A DNA stretch of 64,000 nucleotides from Daphnia carinata (lineage: Eukaryota), in the NCBI RefSeq assembly GCF_022539665.2, contig NC_081331.1, forward strand, positions 13,764,001 through 13,828,000, read 5' to 3'. Within the stretch, counting starts at the first letter, position 1. Every line of letters begins with the position of its first letter. A program made the position numbers and the translations under genes. The notes under the pieces are model-generated. The model was not told the DNA's origin and ran no database searches. It saw only the letters and a list, made by a program, of their open reading frames with translations. This document shows positions 14,281 to 29,812 of this stretch, in pieces.

Positions 14281-15688
14281 ATGTCTGCAATTGTAAATCT
14301 ACGTGTTTTTCGCAATTTCCAGCAGTTTGTGTCATTCAGACCGATTTCGAATTATCCCACTTCGTTGAATAAAAACGCAGAAGTCCAAAATGTTGAAGGT
14401 AGCGTTAAACCGTTCAAACTAACGTTCAATAACATTGAAGGGCTTAGAACACGGATGGCATGTGAGGATTTGCCGGTTATATTTCATTTTTCTTTCATTA
14501 ATTAGATGATGATTTTCGAGCATTGGAACTGCGTCCCAACAAATCAAATAATATGAGAGGAAACCGTCGAAAAACAGCCTACAAGAAAACACCAGTTCAT
14601 CCCCCACGCAGCAACAAAATGCCTGTTGACCAAGATTGGCCTTCTGTGTGGCCTGTTGCACGAGTATTTCATCCTGCCAGTGTTCCATTGCCCTTGCATC
14701 AAGGCTGGGTAGAGCCTGGGATTACACCTCCTGGAAAATTTGCCAATGCAGAATTGATGAAGATCCCCAACTTTCTTCACTTGACACCACCTGCCATCGA
14801 AAGGCAGTGTGCTGCATTGAAAAGTAAAAATTGTATTGATAAATATGGTTATTGGACAAAATTTCAACAGCCTGTTGTATATTCACAGAATTCTGCACGG
14901 AGTGGCCTAAGGAATTGGATACTGATGAGAAGATTGACCATCATTTTCCTATACAAATCACAACAAGCGATTATCTCCATTCCTCCCCAACAATCAGGGA
15001 TGCCCGAGCAAGAATTGTCACACTACAAGTATTATTTGAAAAGACACCTTTGTTATCATTTTTCTTTCATTTAAAAACATAAAATATCTCACGTTGTAGG
15101 TGAAACTTAGCACATTGCATCTCAACAGCCATGCTAAGGATAAACTACTTCGACTAGTCAAAGAACGTTACGATCCCATAACCGACATCTTAACTATAGT
15201 GTCAGAAAGATGTCCTCTAAGAAAGCAGAACCTGGATTATGCGATGTATCTGCTGAACGTCCTCGTCAGCGAGTCTTGGGTACGTAATAATGGCCGAACA
15301 AACTATGATTCCTTGTTTGCCCACTGGGCAGTAATCGACACTTCCTTTCTGTCCACCACTATGTGATTGTTGTTGAGTAGAAAACAGAGCCGTGGGAGAA
15401 CGAGAAATCGGAAGCAGACATGGAAAAATACGTGTGGGAAGGAAGTCAGTCACAGCGTACATTACAGCAGCTGTTAGAACGAATGCCGGACAAAGCTCCC
15501 GTCCTGCCCGAAGACATCGAACAGTACTCAACTAACGTTACGCGGTTCCATAATGAAGGTCTGCTTCAATTTAATCAATAATAAATTAACACTAAACTAT
15601 TTTTTTTCCTTTAAAAATAGGTGAAACCACTGAAAATGTAAACACATACAAGGAATCTGTTAAAAAGCTATTGGGTTTGAATGCCTGA
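14281..15688 (+). CDS. MRPS35: 28S ribosomal protein S35, mitochondrial (mS35), 6 exons
   Basis: N-terminal targeting-like peptide; [86 protein letters not shown]; stop TGA at 15686-15688. Confidence 0.93.
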
Positions 15689-16099
15689 TCCCTTTGAGTA
15701 GTGCTAACCATCGAGTCGAAATAAAAGTGTTTTTCACTCAAATTGAATGAAATCAAAACCGTTGGATGTCTGTTTTAATCGTCGACACAACCAAGAATAT
15801 TTTTTTTTTTAGTTTTCTTCACAGCGACAGCAGAGAGAGGAACACAAATCAGAAGACAACCCCTCAATAAAAACGAAATAATAATAGAATAATAAAACAG
15901 AGAGAAAAAAAGGTTATTAATATCAAACACACGCACAACACGCAGAGTCAAAACTAATTGGAAGGAGGATTTCTTTTTATCTCTTTGGCCGTTGATCTTG
16001 AGATGACGATAAAATTGAAAATGAGAAGAGACAGAGATAAAAAAAAAAAAGAGAGCGTATGTTTTCTGCTCCGGTACCACCCGTCTTTTTAATTAATTT

Positions 16100-19000
16100 T
16101 TATAGCTGAGTCTCCTTTTTGATGACGCCAACCGGTCGACTGACGGCGTTACACAGAGCGTTTTTCAATTTGGTGCTGCCGTGGAGTAGGGCGCTGTTGC
16201 GGATGCCGGCCAACATTCCACTGAAACCACCGCCGTGGTGACTATCGCGTGACACTTGCGGATGGGCAATTGGACGGTGACCGAATCCATTACGTCGTGA
16301 TTTTGATGGGATTCCTGCGAAAAAGATCAAATTAATTTTTGTTTTTGAATAATTAGAATTATGTGACACACCTAAAATGATCTGCATGTGACTACTCTGC
16401 GTGAGGGGAACCGAAGACGGCCTTAAAGAAGGCTCGTTTTTAAGTATATCCATCCGTTGCGTAGGTTGTGTACGATCCGGATCGATGCTGGATGTCCGAT
16501 GTGGCACAGGAGGTGTTGTGCTACCGATGCTCGAGACTCTGAAGGCATCTTCGGACCGCTCACGACGCAAAAGGCTCGTCAAACTGGAACGTGAATGGCC
16601 ATTTTTGGCCGTCATCGGACCTATACGATCGGTCAGGACAGACACCAAACGATGGTGATCCAGCGATGACGGTACGCATGTTGGGGGTTGACTTTGCGGC
16701 GTAGTTTGATGGATCGGCTGCCAGATGGGCTCGTTGGGCGGAGTGGGAGGTGGAGGAGAAGCGTAAAGCGGACTCTGCGGCTCGCTCAACGGCGACAGGA
16801 TCCGATTGGCCGAGTAAAGTGGCAAATGCAGTCCGGCTGTTCGAGGTCGAGATCCTCGTTGCTGTCCAGCTTGCTGCTGCAGCTGTTGTGTAAAGCTGAG
16901 TTGCGACGTTTGAACAGACGGTGATGGAGAGGCTTTCAATTCGGCCGTCAGAGAAGACGACCTTGGTGTTGACGATGTCAAGTTGCTACCAGACTTGCAA
17001 CTCTAAAATAACAAACCAGATTTGAATGACTCATCTGCAAAGACTTGACTCGTTCCAACTTACGGCCGTCTCGAAAGTTGACGCAGGGCTGTAGTCCTTG
17101 GGGTCTGGCCCATTGACCGACAAATATTTCGATCCAATATCGGACGATTTTGACGACGTGCTGGACGAGTTTTCCAAAAGCTGGATTACTTTCTTATGAC
17201 CGCCTTTCATGGCCAACTAAAAAAAAGAAAACATTTGAATCTCTCTGCTATTATGCGGTCACCATTTTCTCTTACTTTCAGGGCAGTGCGACCGCAGCCG
17301 TCGGCTCGGTTGGGATCCGCTCCGCTGGCCAGCAACAGCCTGGCAACGCCTTCGTGGCCTTCTTGCGCAGCTGTTTTCATTAAATGAAGAGGAAATGAAA
17401 CATCCAAATCTATATGCACGCGTGTGTTTTATTCATACCTATAGAGAGAGGTGTGGCTCCCTGCGAGCACGGCTGATCGCCCCGTGCGCCGGCCTTGAGC
17501 AGGAGCCAAACAACGGACTCGTGTCCTTGCCACGCAGAGCTCTGTAACGGCGTCCGCTGTTCCCGGTCCACCGCGTTCACGTCGGCTCCGTAACGGAGCA
17601 GCAACTCCACCATCGATGTGTGGCCCTGCCAGGCCGCTATGTGGAGCGGCGTCCGGCCTTCGAGATCGCGATCCTCCTCCAAGTTGTATTTGCCCGCAGC
17701 CTTGGAAAGGATAATCTCCACTTGCTGGATTTTATTCTCTATTGTTAGGAGGTATAGAGTACTGCGGCCGTCAGGGTCCTTGGACGTCAGATCAGCACCG
17801 GCTTCCACTAAGGCGGACAAAACGGAATTGTGGCCCTCGAGGGCGGCCACGCGTAACGGTGTTTTACCGTCAAGACTCTTTTGATTGATATCGGCACCTA
17901 ATTCAATCAATCGTTCAACAACGGACAGGTGACCTTCTTGCGTGGCCAGCAAAATAGGAGCTCGGCCGTCATTGTCGGTAGCGTCCATTCGAGCACCGAC
18001 TTCTAGTAAAAGATCAACAACAGCCGCATGGCCTTCGAAAGCCGCATAATGTAAGGGCGTCCATCCGGCATTGTCACGATGAGCTTCATCCAGCCCACGA
18101 TCCAGCAGCAATCGGACAACATCAACCGACCCCTAAAAAAATTAGAAATTTTTAATAAATGTATTTTTTTCTAAACTGATTTTATTTACCTGGGCGCAGG
18201 CGATGGACAAAACGGTGCGACCTTCAGCATCGATACTGTCCACATAGCAACCCCAAAAAAGGAGAAGTTCGACAATGTGACCGTGCCCCATGGACGCGGC
18301 CGCTAGGAGCGGCGTCCGCCCTCCTAAATCTGCCTGATCGACATCGGCATCTCCTTCCAGTAGCAGTTCGCATACCGTCCTGAAACAATTGACGAGTTCA
18401 ATGTCGTCCTTGTGTAAAGAAATATTTCAAATGGAATTACCGATGGCCTTCAAAAGCAGCCACTAAAAGTGGAGTTAGTCCGTCTACTTTATCTTGATGG
18501 TTAACCGAAGCGCCGTATTCTAAAAGGATGGTCACTGTTTCAACAGCTTCGTTATCTTCGCCATCTAACGTTCCAGCCAAAGTGCCCGTCAGGGTACCGG
18601 TAATCCCACTGTCCGGATAAATGGACGAGGCCACTTCGGCTGGAGGTGAAGTGTCTTGCTCTTGGCTGGCCGGATCGATGTCATCTGAATTGACTTTAGA
18701 TGGACGTCGTTTGACCAACACACGAGGACGGCGGCGACGGACGCTAACGTCTCCACCACCAGATGGCGGATGATTTCCATTAGGTTGTGTCCGGCAGGCG
18801 ACGCTAAGCACGGCCACCGAAAGGGCTGTCCGCCCTTCGCAATCGACATGGTCTGGCTGAGCACCTGCGTCTAACAGAGCGGCAACAATGTCTGCGTGAC
18901 CCATATAAGCGGCCGCAATAAGCGGCGTCCGTCCTTGTCGATCTTCCCCGTCCACTTGTGCACCAGCGTTTAAAAGGGCCCTAATAAAATTTAATTTTTA

Positions 19001-19470
19001 AAAAACGAATGAATCATTACGATAAATGCAAAGCTTACCGGACGACTTCTTCGTGGCCAGCCCAAGCGGCCGCTCTGAGAGCCGTCCTGCCTTCAGAGTC
19101 ACTGGCGTCCACCTGAGCTCCGCGTTCCAGCAACACTTGGACGGTGGAAGCGTGTCCGCCCCAAGCGGCGGCTCTCAGCGGCGTCCAGCCCTCAGAATCG
19201 GCCACATCCGGATCCGCTCCGGCTTCCAGCAACGTGGAGACTAGAGAAGCGTGACCCTGACGGGCGGCGATCGACAGAGCGTGCCGTAATGCCGCTAGAC
19301 TGATGGACGATCTATAACGATGGCAAAGTTTGGTAACGGCCGACGTGTATCCCATTTGGGCCGCATAAAAGAGCGATTGCTCCGGATCTTCCGCTTCGTT
19401 CAGCGAATGGGCGTGGCGTAATAATCTAACACTGTTCCGGCGTTCCAAAACAGGGGAAATGGCCTCTTCC

Positions 19471-19502
<32 letters not shown>

Positions 19503-21197
19503 GTGTTCAATCAATCTTTCAATCTCTTCCGCCGGATCCGCCATCGTCGTCCCGGCTAATGGACTAGTAGTAATAACAGGCGACTGACGAATGGATTCAT
19601 CGGTTGCCATGGCAGCAACAATAGCACTATCGTCTTCGACCATATCCGGTTTGTCTTGAGATCGGCATTCCTCCGCCACTAAACCAAACGTTCCGTCCAG
19701 TTGACTTTCGATGTCATCTGGGCTCAGATTCTGAGCACCGAGGCTGCTGACCATAACGGCTTCAAGGACGGCCTGGTCCGGCAGAGGCGTTTTGGTCCAC
19801 AAGAGCCAAAGAGGAAGATGCCAAGCTTCCAATGGCGACTGCAGCTGCATCCGTCCGAGATGGAACGTCAAATCTTCCACCTCGTCCGGCGTCATGTTTT
19901 CACCGCGGCTGGCCAGCGTGACGGCCCAGCGAGCGTGACCTTCGGCCACTTTGATTAGAAAACGTTGCGTACAGTGTTTGACGTCCGTCAGCCACTCGCC
20001 GAAACTGCTGTGAAAGATCTGCATTCGCCCACCGGAAGAATCCGGCCCAGCAGCCGGAATTAATAACTTGCGCAACATGTTCATTCGTTTGCGAAACTCG
20101 GATCGAGACATCCGCGCGTCAATGGTATAAGCCGCGCGAAGGAGTTGATCTTGACTTGGCGGATGCCTGCTGGCCAACAGAGCGGCCAATAATGGCTGGA
20201 CTTTATTCCAACCGCGTCGGGTGAAAAGCCGTTGACAGAGCCACAGGTAGAGCCCGTTAAGTGTGCCAGGTATTTCAGGTATGTCACGAAGGAGGACGGA
20301 CCCGTCCGCGACACCATCCAGCACCGCTTCAACGTACAACAAACATCCGTGGCTTTTAATATGCAACATGTTGAGAGCTGGCGCTGTCTCGCGCGTCAAG
20401 TGGCGCCGTAGGGCTGCCTCCTTCTCCAGACGGGCTAGAATGTATTGCTGGACATCGCGGATGACTGAATTACGACGCACCTGATCCAATGCGATTTTCT
20501 TGAAACCCGTAAACAGACGGGCAAGAGGTTTGTTACTCCTCCGCAACGTCACGAGTAGAAGAAGCCATGGCGGAAGCAAATGGTGATGATTGGCCAATAA
20601 TTCAGCAATGCTCTGACTGGAATCGCCATCGGGCAAGTCCGTTAGCCTTCGAACGCTGTTGAAACCGCCGTCCAGCACAAGCGAAGGCTCGTCTAATGAA
20701 TCTACAATGAGAAGCAAATTGCGCGGAGGCGTGTCCATCTCGAGGAGAGGAAAGAGAACAGTTCGCTGGAAGGCTTCATCCGGATCAAGTTCCATACGTT
20801 GCGGATGAAGCCATTCGGCTAATTCAGGGTGTCGCAACTTGTCTGCGTATCCATCGATTAATCTTGATTCTTGAAGTTGATCCACCAACCGCCGGATGAA
20901 TCCAGCCACCGATTGCGTTTCCGGTTCGTATCCATTGATGAAATGGCTGGCTAAAACTCGATTTGAAAGAGACCTGCAATGTTGGTTGACTCCTCCACGC
21001 ACAATTTCTAACGTGACGGCCGTCTTGCCGGCGCCCGGCTCGCCGACGACCAGGACGCCGGAAATGTTGGCCACTTGAATCTTCTCGGCCGTCCTGTTGT
21101 CCAGGATGTGGCCAACTTTGGCAAAGACCCATTCGCGGCAGTAAAACGCCTTGCCGGACCCGTCGTGCATCAATTGCGGATGAAAGCGGATCGACAT
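16100..21197 (-). CDS. ANKRD50: Ankyrin repeat domain-containing protein 50-like (N-terminal P-loop domain plus many ankyrin repeats), multi-exon
   Basis: [15 protein letters not shown]-loop [41 protein letters not shown]; ankyrin repeats [40 protein letters not shown]-terminal KKETQL. Confidence 0.92.
19464..19503 (-). repeat. (GAA/GAG)n coding microsatellite, poly-Glu tract in ANKRD50
   Basis: TCTTCC/TCTTCT run on the + strand encodes the poly-Glu run (HEEEE...EAIS) in the 720-aa ORF. Confidence 0.85.
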
Positions 21198-24100
21198 GTT
21201 TGTTTGGAAGCAGAGACGATGGATGAATAAATTGACGTCACTGAAGTCAAAAATCGAACTGTTTGACGTCCGTCTTCAACGTGAAGCAACTGTGACTTCA
21301 GCCAACATTCCAGGACGACCCGAAAGCAACAACGCGTCGGCGGATGTGAGGATTACAGTTGGCACTTTTTGGCTGGCTTCCACAACGGCGAACGCCTTTT
21401 CCAAATCCATTCCAGCAAAAAAAAAATTCTTTTTTTTTGTTTTTTTTTTTTGTGGGAGGAGAGAGAAGCGTCTTTTTTTTTTTATCCACCGGAAAATGCA
21501 ATTCAAAAGGGAGCGGCACGTTGTTGAGGTCTGCCAATCTGAAAAACGAAAAAGAATTAGATATGTAGGCAACAACAGCATACTGTCTATTAACAAACAT
21601 CAAATATGCAAAGCACGACGTCGGTATGCATGCAAGACGGAACCCAATCAAAAGTCTTTATTTCCATTTTTTCTGATTGTCGGAAAAATCGTGAACAATT
21701 TGAGTAATGCGCGAGCGATGTTGCCAGATTCTTTCTGGCAAAAATCAAAGAAAATATTTTTAAAAACAAATGCACAAAATTGCTTTTCTTTCATTCCAAA
21801 AATGGCTGTTGAGAAATGCATACCGACATTCAAGAGGTCTGGGTGGGCTGAGGAACACCTGCGAGCCGAATATAGGCAAGCGCCAGGTACTGAATCCTTC
21901 CAAAAGAAAAAACAACAGACTCGGTTTTAGACTATCCATCTTTTCAATTAGCTTCTTTCTAACTGTTTAGGTAATCGTTTGCCTCCCTGCCCCCCCGCAT
22001 AGAGAAAGTGGCAAATGGATATGGGCGTGTCCGGTCGATGTGCTTCGCGATGTATGTCAAATGTGGGGCAGATCCAATTAACACCCACGGGTACAACAAA
22101 AAATGGGAGAGTTTCAACGATCCATACAAGACGCCGCAAAAGTACGTAAACGAATCTTTTCCCAATTCGCCATTTTGTTTTTAAAGAGAAATCGAAAGAT
22201 ATTGATCGTACGTATACTGGTGGGTTTTCAAAACGAAGTAAGTTACGAGCTCGATTCAGTCTACGGGATCAAAAACGCAGCGATCGATCGCGTGTCACGT
22301 GATAGCACGTAAAATGGCATCATCTCCATTGGGAACCAGCCTTCAATAAGAATTCAAAGCGGAATTCTCTTTATGAGGTGAATATCCATCTGTCGTACAA
22401 TGGCACAGCTCCAAAAAAAGAGAAAATATACGACGCACATCCTACCTATCGGGAAATACAGTCGATACGTTTTTCCGTGTCACGTCATCATTAACATCCA
22501 TTCAATTTCTTCTTTTCATCAGATGCCTGATGAGGCGTCGCTAAAGTGCCATCCAACAGATGAAAGACTATCTCTTTCATTCGATAAACCCAACAAAAGT
22601 GGAATCTCATTAACCTGCAGTCGAAGGACGTTTTCTAAATTTAAAATCATTTTAAGGATTGAAAATGGGATTAAATGGCAACGTCTTGTGGAGGGGAAAA
22701 CTTCCGTTCTCGTGTTTCCTGTTTTTTTAAGTGTTGATTTATAACGGGCAAATCAGACAATAAAGAAAAGAACATCAAAACTTGAAGGCCTAAGGGGGGA
22801 AAAGTCCGACCTATTGAGCTGGAGATGACAGGAAAAAAAAATGAAAGAAGAGTTCGTCATAACAACAACAACAACTTTTTTGTACGATGAAGTTTAGTTG
22901 CTGGCCAAAGGCAACGGAAGCCGAGACCTTCCTCTTGTTCTGTAAAGCCGCGTAACGCAAGGTTCTAATTACACCTTCAATTATAGAACGGGAGACACAC
23001 TGGGGGTTAAAAAGAATTGGCCTCTTTTTCCTCTAAAAGTTTTTGCTCAGTCATCTATTCCCTTCTTTTTTTCCCACACTTTTTGTGTTGGAGATGTGTC
23101 GTCACTTATTTAGCCAGAGGGAGAACCCGACTAATATCGATCCACGCCGAGCACAGGGAGCCATTAGATTTCCCTTTTCTTCTAGCAATGCAGGCAAATC
23201 CACTGTGTGCTGCTGGACTATGGTGAAAAAGAGCTTTGTCAGATTACCACGGCTGAGGCTGAATATTTTCAATTTCTGTTTCCAGGCCTTGTCTGCGAAA
23301 TAAAAAGGAATCAGCAGCTGTTTCGACAGCCAGCTGATGGTGACAGAGAGAAGGACAGGAAGTAGTTGAAGGAATATGTAACTCGATCGTCCGACAATTG
23401 TTTTCTGGTGTTGCCTAGAGATAAAGAACAAAAGAGTTGAGACATGTGACACCCTAAACAATATAAAAAAAAGGGACGTCATGTGGTTTACGAAATTCCC
23501 CCCCAGACTGATAAACCACAACGACATTTCACGTGGCGATGACCTATACTTGATTTCCATTTCTTCATTTCTTTTTGGAATTTATCCAATAATGCCATCA
23601 ATGACCGACTTTTTCAAGGATTTCAGGGTTTCGAAAAACGAGAAAGAAAAAAAAATAACAAACAAAAAAATAGAGTTGACGACAGAAGAGACCTCTGCGC
23701 TGAAGGATATTTACCTCTAGAAGAAGGCGCAGTGGATGAATCACACACAGACAACGAGGGGGCTTTTTCCAAATGGCGCCACTGTCTATACACAGACACA
23801 CGCAAGACAAATCGACTGCTTCCTTTTGGTGCAGTTGATGGCTTGGAAAAAGAATTTTCCTTTCCACGCTTCAATTCACTTTCGAAAAGGTCGAAAGCAA
23901 CGAATTCTTTAGGTCAACTATTTCACGAAAACTGGAGAACTGTCTCATCATCTTTCATCCAGAGGTTTAACAAAAGGGAGAACTGGGTGATGAATTACAT
24001 AGCACAAGTTATTAGACGACACGACGACGTGCACTCACAATGATGAAGCATGAAACGTTCGGCTTGACAGTCAATTTTTGTTAAGACACGGTGCACGCAT

Positions 24101-27100
24101 TACACACGAGCAACCGTGGTTCCCTCAGCACTGAGATCCACGAGCGAAGGAGATACCTACTACAGTGCTAGACCAAAAAAGGATGGGCGTCTGCTTCGAC
24201 CAACGCCATCTAACGGCCAATAATGTATATCCAAGCGAATTTTGCTTTGTTGTTGTTATCGACTGGTCTTTGGTACACAATGCACTGCTGTGATTGGCGT
24301 CATCAAACAAACAACAGAACACAGACAACACTAACAAAAGGCGCGGCCCTTTCACTATACAACGTCAACAATGCAAACGAAGAAATTGCGTTTACATCCG
24401 TTTGCAATCGATGGACGCTCTGTATACTAACAATGCAATACTAACAATGCTAATAATCACGATCACATTTCGAGACTTTGAGCAGCGCCAGCTGCAAGGC
24501 ATATCACGTAAACTCTAGTTGTCCATCCAACACCTACGCACGGTGCTTAGCTGCTGTAGCTGCTACAGGCTCTTTTCAGACAGAGAATGTGTGATGCATT
24601 AAACATCACGTAAGACGGCGAATCATGGCTTTCACTCCTGCTCACAAGAAAAATGAATGGCGTGCTGGGCTTTCAGAACTTCCTCAACCGAATCGATAGA
24701 AGCTCTCGCTTTTTATGTTTCTTAGCAATAAATAAAGACCAAAGTACGTACAAAGATAGAAAATAAAATAGACAAAAACTTAACCCACGAACTTCTCGTG
24801 TGTCTGCGCTGCATCACGGAGCGTGAAATCGCATCGCTTCACGAATTTCTCCCATTGTTTCATCGTCTCTTTTATTCTTTTTTATCTTCTTGACATGAAC
24901 TGGCTTGTTTTAATATCCGCCTTTAAACGTCTCTGTTCCTTTTTTTTAGTACTATTTTACCTATATACCTTCAACAAAAAGCTTTCACCTGGTTTCACAA
25001 GTTTTTTTTTTTTGCTTTTAGTTGTTTGAAGGGGAGAGATATTTCATTCATATCATTGTCATAGCTTGGAGCTATTTCTCTAGAATGTTTGTCTGAGTAA
25101 GCTGATGGGCACGGCCAGCAGGGCTGACCACAAGATGGAAAAAAAAATAATACCTGTGCCAGTATTTTCTGTTGAACACAGTGCGAAAGTTTTCTTTTTT
25201 CTCAGCTCAAATAAAATATTATCCGCAGTGTACATTTCCGTTCCCAATTCTTTTCTGGGGTGTCGTCATGTATTTGGAATCCTGCACGAAAAAAAACTAT
25301 GACCGTTCATTCTGTGTGGTCGATAATTGAACGTATTGATTTCAGAATTTAAGCATCAGAGTGCAGACAATGTGTCACGTTTTTCAGCCGTATGTTGCCA
25401 ATTAAAAAATAAAGGCAGTCGGCCATTTTAATCAATTCTGCCATCGCCTCTACGTGTAGACATAAAATTGTTAATAGCCCCAACTCATGACATCCTTTTG
25501 GTTTTACTATACACATTGGGAAGGGCTATTACCTGTACTCGTTTATACGTTCACATATTGTTGATCCTACACAAAAACGGTCGATTACATTCCCAGTAAA
25601 ATAAAAGGAACTGATTTTCTTCTTTTCTCTCATTGTTATTGGGTTTTTGGGTCATCGGCTGCCTATCGTATTATTAAAGTTATTTCTTATAATGATTAAG
25701 TGGTGACTCACGAAGCTGATCACGAAGGAAACTGGTTTTGAATAGACAATGGATGCAGACATCGTCTGTCAGACAGACCAAAAATGTCGCCAATAAACTG
25801 ACGACGAATCCAATAGAATTTTCCTTTGAAACGATCTTTTTTGTTGACACCATATCAAATTGGAAATGAGCGGCGGGAGCGAATCTGATGGATTGGCGTG
25901 CCGTGTCTTTTTAAGTGCCCAATGATACGTAAATGTTAGGGAAAAAAGTATAATTTGGAAATGTTGTGTTACCTTTTTTTTTAAAAGGAGATTGTCACTT
26001 GTTGACATAAGGTAACCACACATGCACTGCTGGGTTTAATTTACTATTAGTCACTGCTTGACCATGAATCCCACATCCTTTTTCTTTCAATTGTAGTCAC
26101 ATCACAAGAAAACCTGTCCCATTTGAGAGTGTGAATAATTGTAACGCAAAATCGGACATTCGTTGATGGCGAACTTGATTTCCCTAAAATAAAAAAAGGG
26201 GAAAATGACGTGACTAGTTATCCACATTCCAAAACAATCGTGACAATAGGAGAATGTAAAAAAAGAATTGTGACAATAGATTCCGGTATTACAAGTTTTG
26301 TGTTGATGCGTATGACTTATGACCATGGTCCTATCTATTTACGGCGTATATCTTATTGATGACGTCATGCATCCAGAGGATGCCAGCATGCCTCGTCATT
26401 CACCGCATGATTCTTGTATCCGCGTGAAACTGACCGTGTTGGATCGACTGGGCGGCATATGATGAATGAGCCATGGCTATATTCCTTCCTATCCATATCC
26501 TTAAAATATTTTGATTCTTTTTTGTTTTTTTTTCGGGCATACTTTGTATCGTATATAGAATGAAAAATTGGCTATCAAAATCCATCATTTATCCTTAACA
26601 GCATCTGCTGCCCAGTTGGCCTAATATTAAAAGAAAAAGAAATTATTTTGCCACTGAAAATTTTAACAATTTCTTACCACCGATACAAAATAGCGCATAA
26701 TATTTGGTCGCTTTCCATATCACAAACAGGTAGAAAGTTGGTTGTGTAACTAAATTGTCTCGCCTTTAGCTAAACGCAATCGCCAATTGTTATCCAAAAA
26801 AGAGAAAGATTGAAAAAATGCCTGTCGTGCAATGATTACATCCACGTTGCAGAGATACATGCGAGAAGGGATAACGAGGTGGCAACCCAAATGGCCGTGA
26901 GCCAATTTTATTACAATTTTTTTTTTTAAATACCTGCAGGGATATGGCCAGTAGGTGAAAGTGAGAAATTCACATGGAACCTGGAGCAATAGATTGAGCC
27001 GTTTTTGTTTTTTAATGCTGAATATTTTTTTATATATACGTCATCAGCAGTGCAAATGGACGAGGACCTGTTTTGAATGAACGCCAAAACAAACGTGAGC

Positions 27101-29812
27101 TGCTATTAGACAAGTTATAGCCCACACGGAGCCATTACCACGTTTCACATTCTTTTCATCACAACGATGACGAAGGTGATCAATAGCTGTCGCTGTATGC
27201 AAATTTCAATTTTCATCATCGCCCATTTTTTTTTTTGTTTTATCATGGCATTTATGATGACTTGCATTTGCTCATCCAATCTTCTTTTCAGTTAATCTTT
27301 TTACCTGCAAAAAAAAGAGAATATGTTTTTATTCGTTAGCCGCAGACAATCGTAATCCTTTTACCGCATACAGTTTATTCAATTGCGTTGAACTTTTGCC
27401 TCCATTTTTACTATTTCTAGCCTCAAAAAAAACTAACCGCATATCAAGTTTCGTATTCTTTTTTTAACTGGTCAAAATGAAGCCATACGTTCATCCCTAC
27501 CCTTTTTTTATGATTTACGTGAGCGGTATAGATGCGGTCGTACCTTGCGATGACATACATGTTACGACTACGTCAGCAGTTGAGCGGATGATTTTGAGGC
27601 CCACCGACTTGTTTATATTTTTTGAAAATATTCTACGTCTTCGTGGGAGTGTCCGCGTGAACTGACGATGACGCATACAAACAGCCTGTCGGCAGCAGGT
27701 GTGACCCACGTCAGCATTTGACAGCGGTCACGTAAAAAACCAGCACACACACAAAAAATGGCTTTGAAAAAAAAAATTATAAGGTTGTCATAATTACATT
27801 GGCAATTGCATAATGTGTGTCCCGCTGGGTTTTGCTATTGTGGGTAGGAATGTGTCAGACACCTTGATCGTCGTTTTTACGCTTTCGTGCGGGAAAATGA
27901 GAAAAAAAGACAGAGATGGATGGACAAAGAACCACTTCCAAGTCTCAGCGGGCATTACGCTAATGATGTTATATTATAATCAGCCAAGCACGCTGAGTGT
28001 CTATTTATTAACGTTTTGTGTGATTATTCATCGAAGAAGACAAAAAAAAAAGAAGCCCAACAACTAAACAGCCGCCTTTTTTTGTCTTCGTTTTAAACGA
28101 AAGTATTTTTTAAAGAAATTTCCGCCCGACTGCGTTTTAACAAAAAGTTACTCACGGCCAGTGAAAGATTATAACGGAGGTATTATCATTTTAAGCGAAG
28201 CGCGCGCAAGAGATTTAAAAAAAATTTTTCCAAAGTTTCAAAGAAAAAGAAAAAAATCTCGTTTGTTCCAGCAAAGTCCCTAGAGCGCCATCTGCTCTTT
28301 TTTCCACGAGCGCAAACACGGGGGTGAAGAGATATATAATAAGCCAAAAAGTCTCGCGTGAGTTTCTACATACCTTAAACCCTACTTTTTTTTTTTCGAA
28401 AAAAGAAAAATTATTTCTAGGTTTACCACACAGCAGCGCCGAAATATCCCGTTTTTAGAACGAAAAAAAAAAAGGGGGGAAGTTTTTCAGTGGACTAAAG
28501 AGAGAGGGCCAGAAAAAAGCTATATGGCCTATACGCGAGATCGTCTGCTACGGGCGTTTGCTCACCACCGAAATATATCTGTTTATAGAACAGCACCATG
28601 TATATATACGCGTGTCTGTATATACATCGTTCTTCTTTTTCGACTAGAGAAAAAAAAAAGTTGTCAGTCTATAGATAACTTTCTGCTTGTGGACATTTAA
28701 AAAAGAAAAGGAGAAGAGAAAAATTATAATGTGCTGCTGTGCCCTTGTGTTCGCTGGCCCTTAATGAATTGTGAAAGATATTTATTTCTTTTACAACGAA
28801 ATGTGGGAAACAAAAAATAAGATCTGGCGATAACTTGTTCCCGCAGTCCCTCCCCTCACATACAGGCGTCGTGAAGCGCCTGAACATAACGGCGGCAACC
28901 CACTCCCCTTATAGCTGGTCCGCTCGTAGCCATTTCCCCCCAACGTCTAATTAACTGGCCCAGTCGTTACACATTTTATACGAGGGCAAAAGTTCCCTCT
29001 TGTTTCTTTTTTAAAAAAATTAAACGGAAATACATTTTACACGCTCGTTTTTGTGGCCGAGAGTTTTAGATTAGAGTTTGAATTTCCGTGGGTCAAACTA
29101 GTAACAACATGAACGACCCAAATTGCGTCACCACCACATACGCATTTCTTCTATTTCTTAAATTTATTTTAATCAAATAGAGAACGAATGTAGTGGAAAA
29201 CAGGGTCTGTTATTACAATCAGATGGTCAAAGTGCCAGCAACGACAGTGTTGCTAGCTCTCCTTTTTTGCATATCTCACACATAGTTTGCTTCTGCCTGT
29301 TTGGTATATCTGGTTCCACGATTATATTGACATCCCTAGCGGTAAAGAACGTAGCAATAAGATCGGCAGCCAAGCGCAATTACCGACGCTTACATCACTA
29401 AAAGATCCATCTTCCGCGTTGATATTTGATACACATGACCACGGAATAACCTGATCGTTATCTTGGCGATAGACGATCAATTGTTATTCGTTTTCGTTCC
29501 TTTGTGCGGCAATTTCGCTTTCTTAGAGATATCAACGACATCTAACGTTCATTTCACACCGCTACCAAGACATCTACTGACGGATGCTACGGTTAAGTTT
29601 TCAAAGCGACGCAACGACATCTATGACACGATTTTAAAGGTGAGTTTAAGATGGTAAGAATACCATTATGGGCGGGCTGCGCGCTGTCTTTTGATATTTT
29701 GTTTTGGTGGCGAAATAATTGAATTCGTAAAAACATTTAACTGAAATGGTAAACTGTAGCCCAACCTGTACGTGTAGCAATCATCTTTTTTAATTTCGCA
29801 CTAATTCCGAAC

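Noticed and set aside
21196..21930. 244-aa plus-strand ORF head-to-head with ANKRD50
   Set aside because: Runs through poly-A/poly-T tracts (KKKFFFFVFFF), has no recognisable domain, and lies antisense to the ANKRD50 5' region.
22000..29700. Protein-coding genes in the long region upstream of ANKRD50
   Set aside because: Only short low-complexity ORFs with homopolymer tracts; most likely 5' UTR introns and regulatory DNA.
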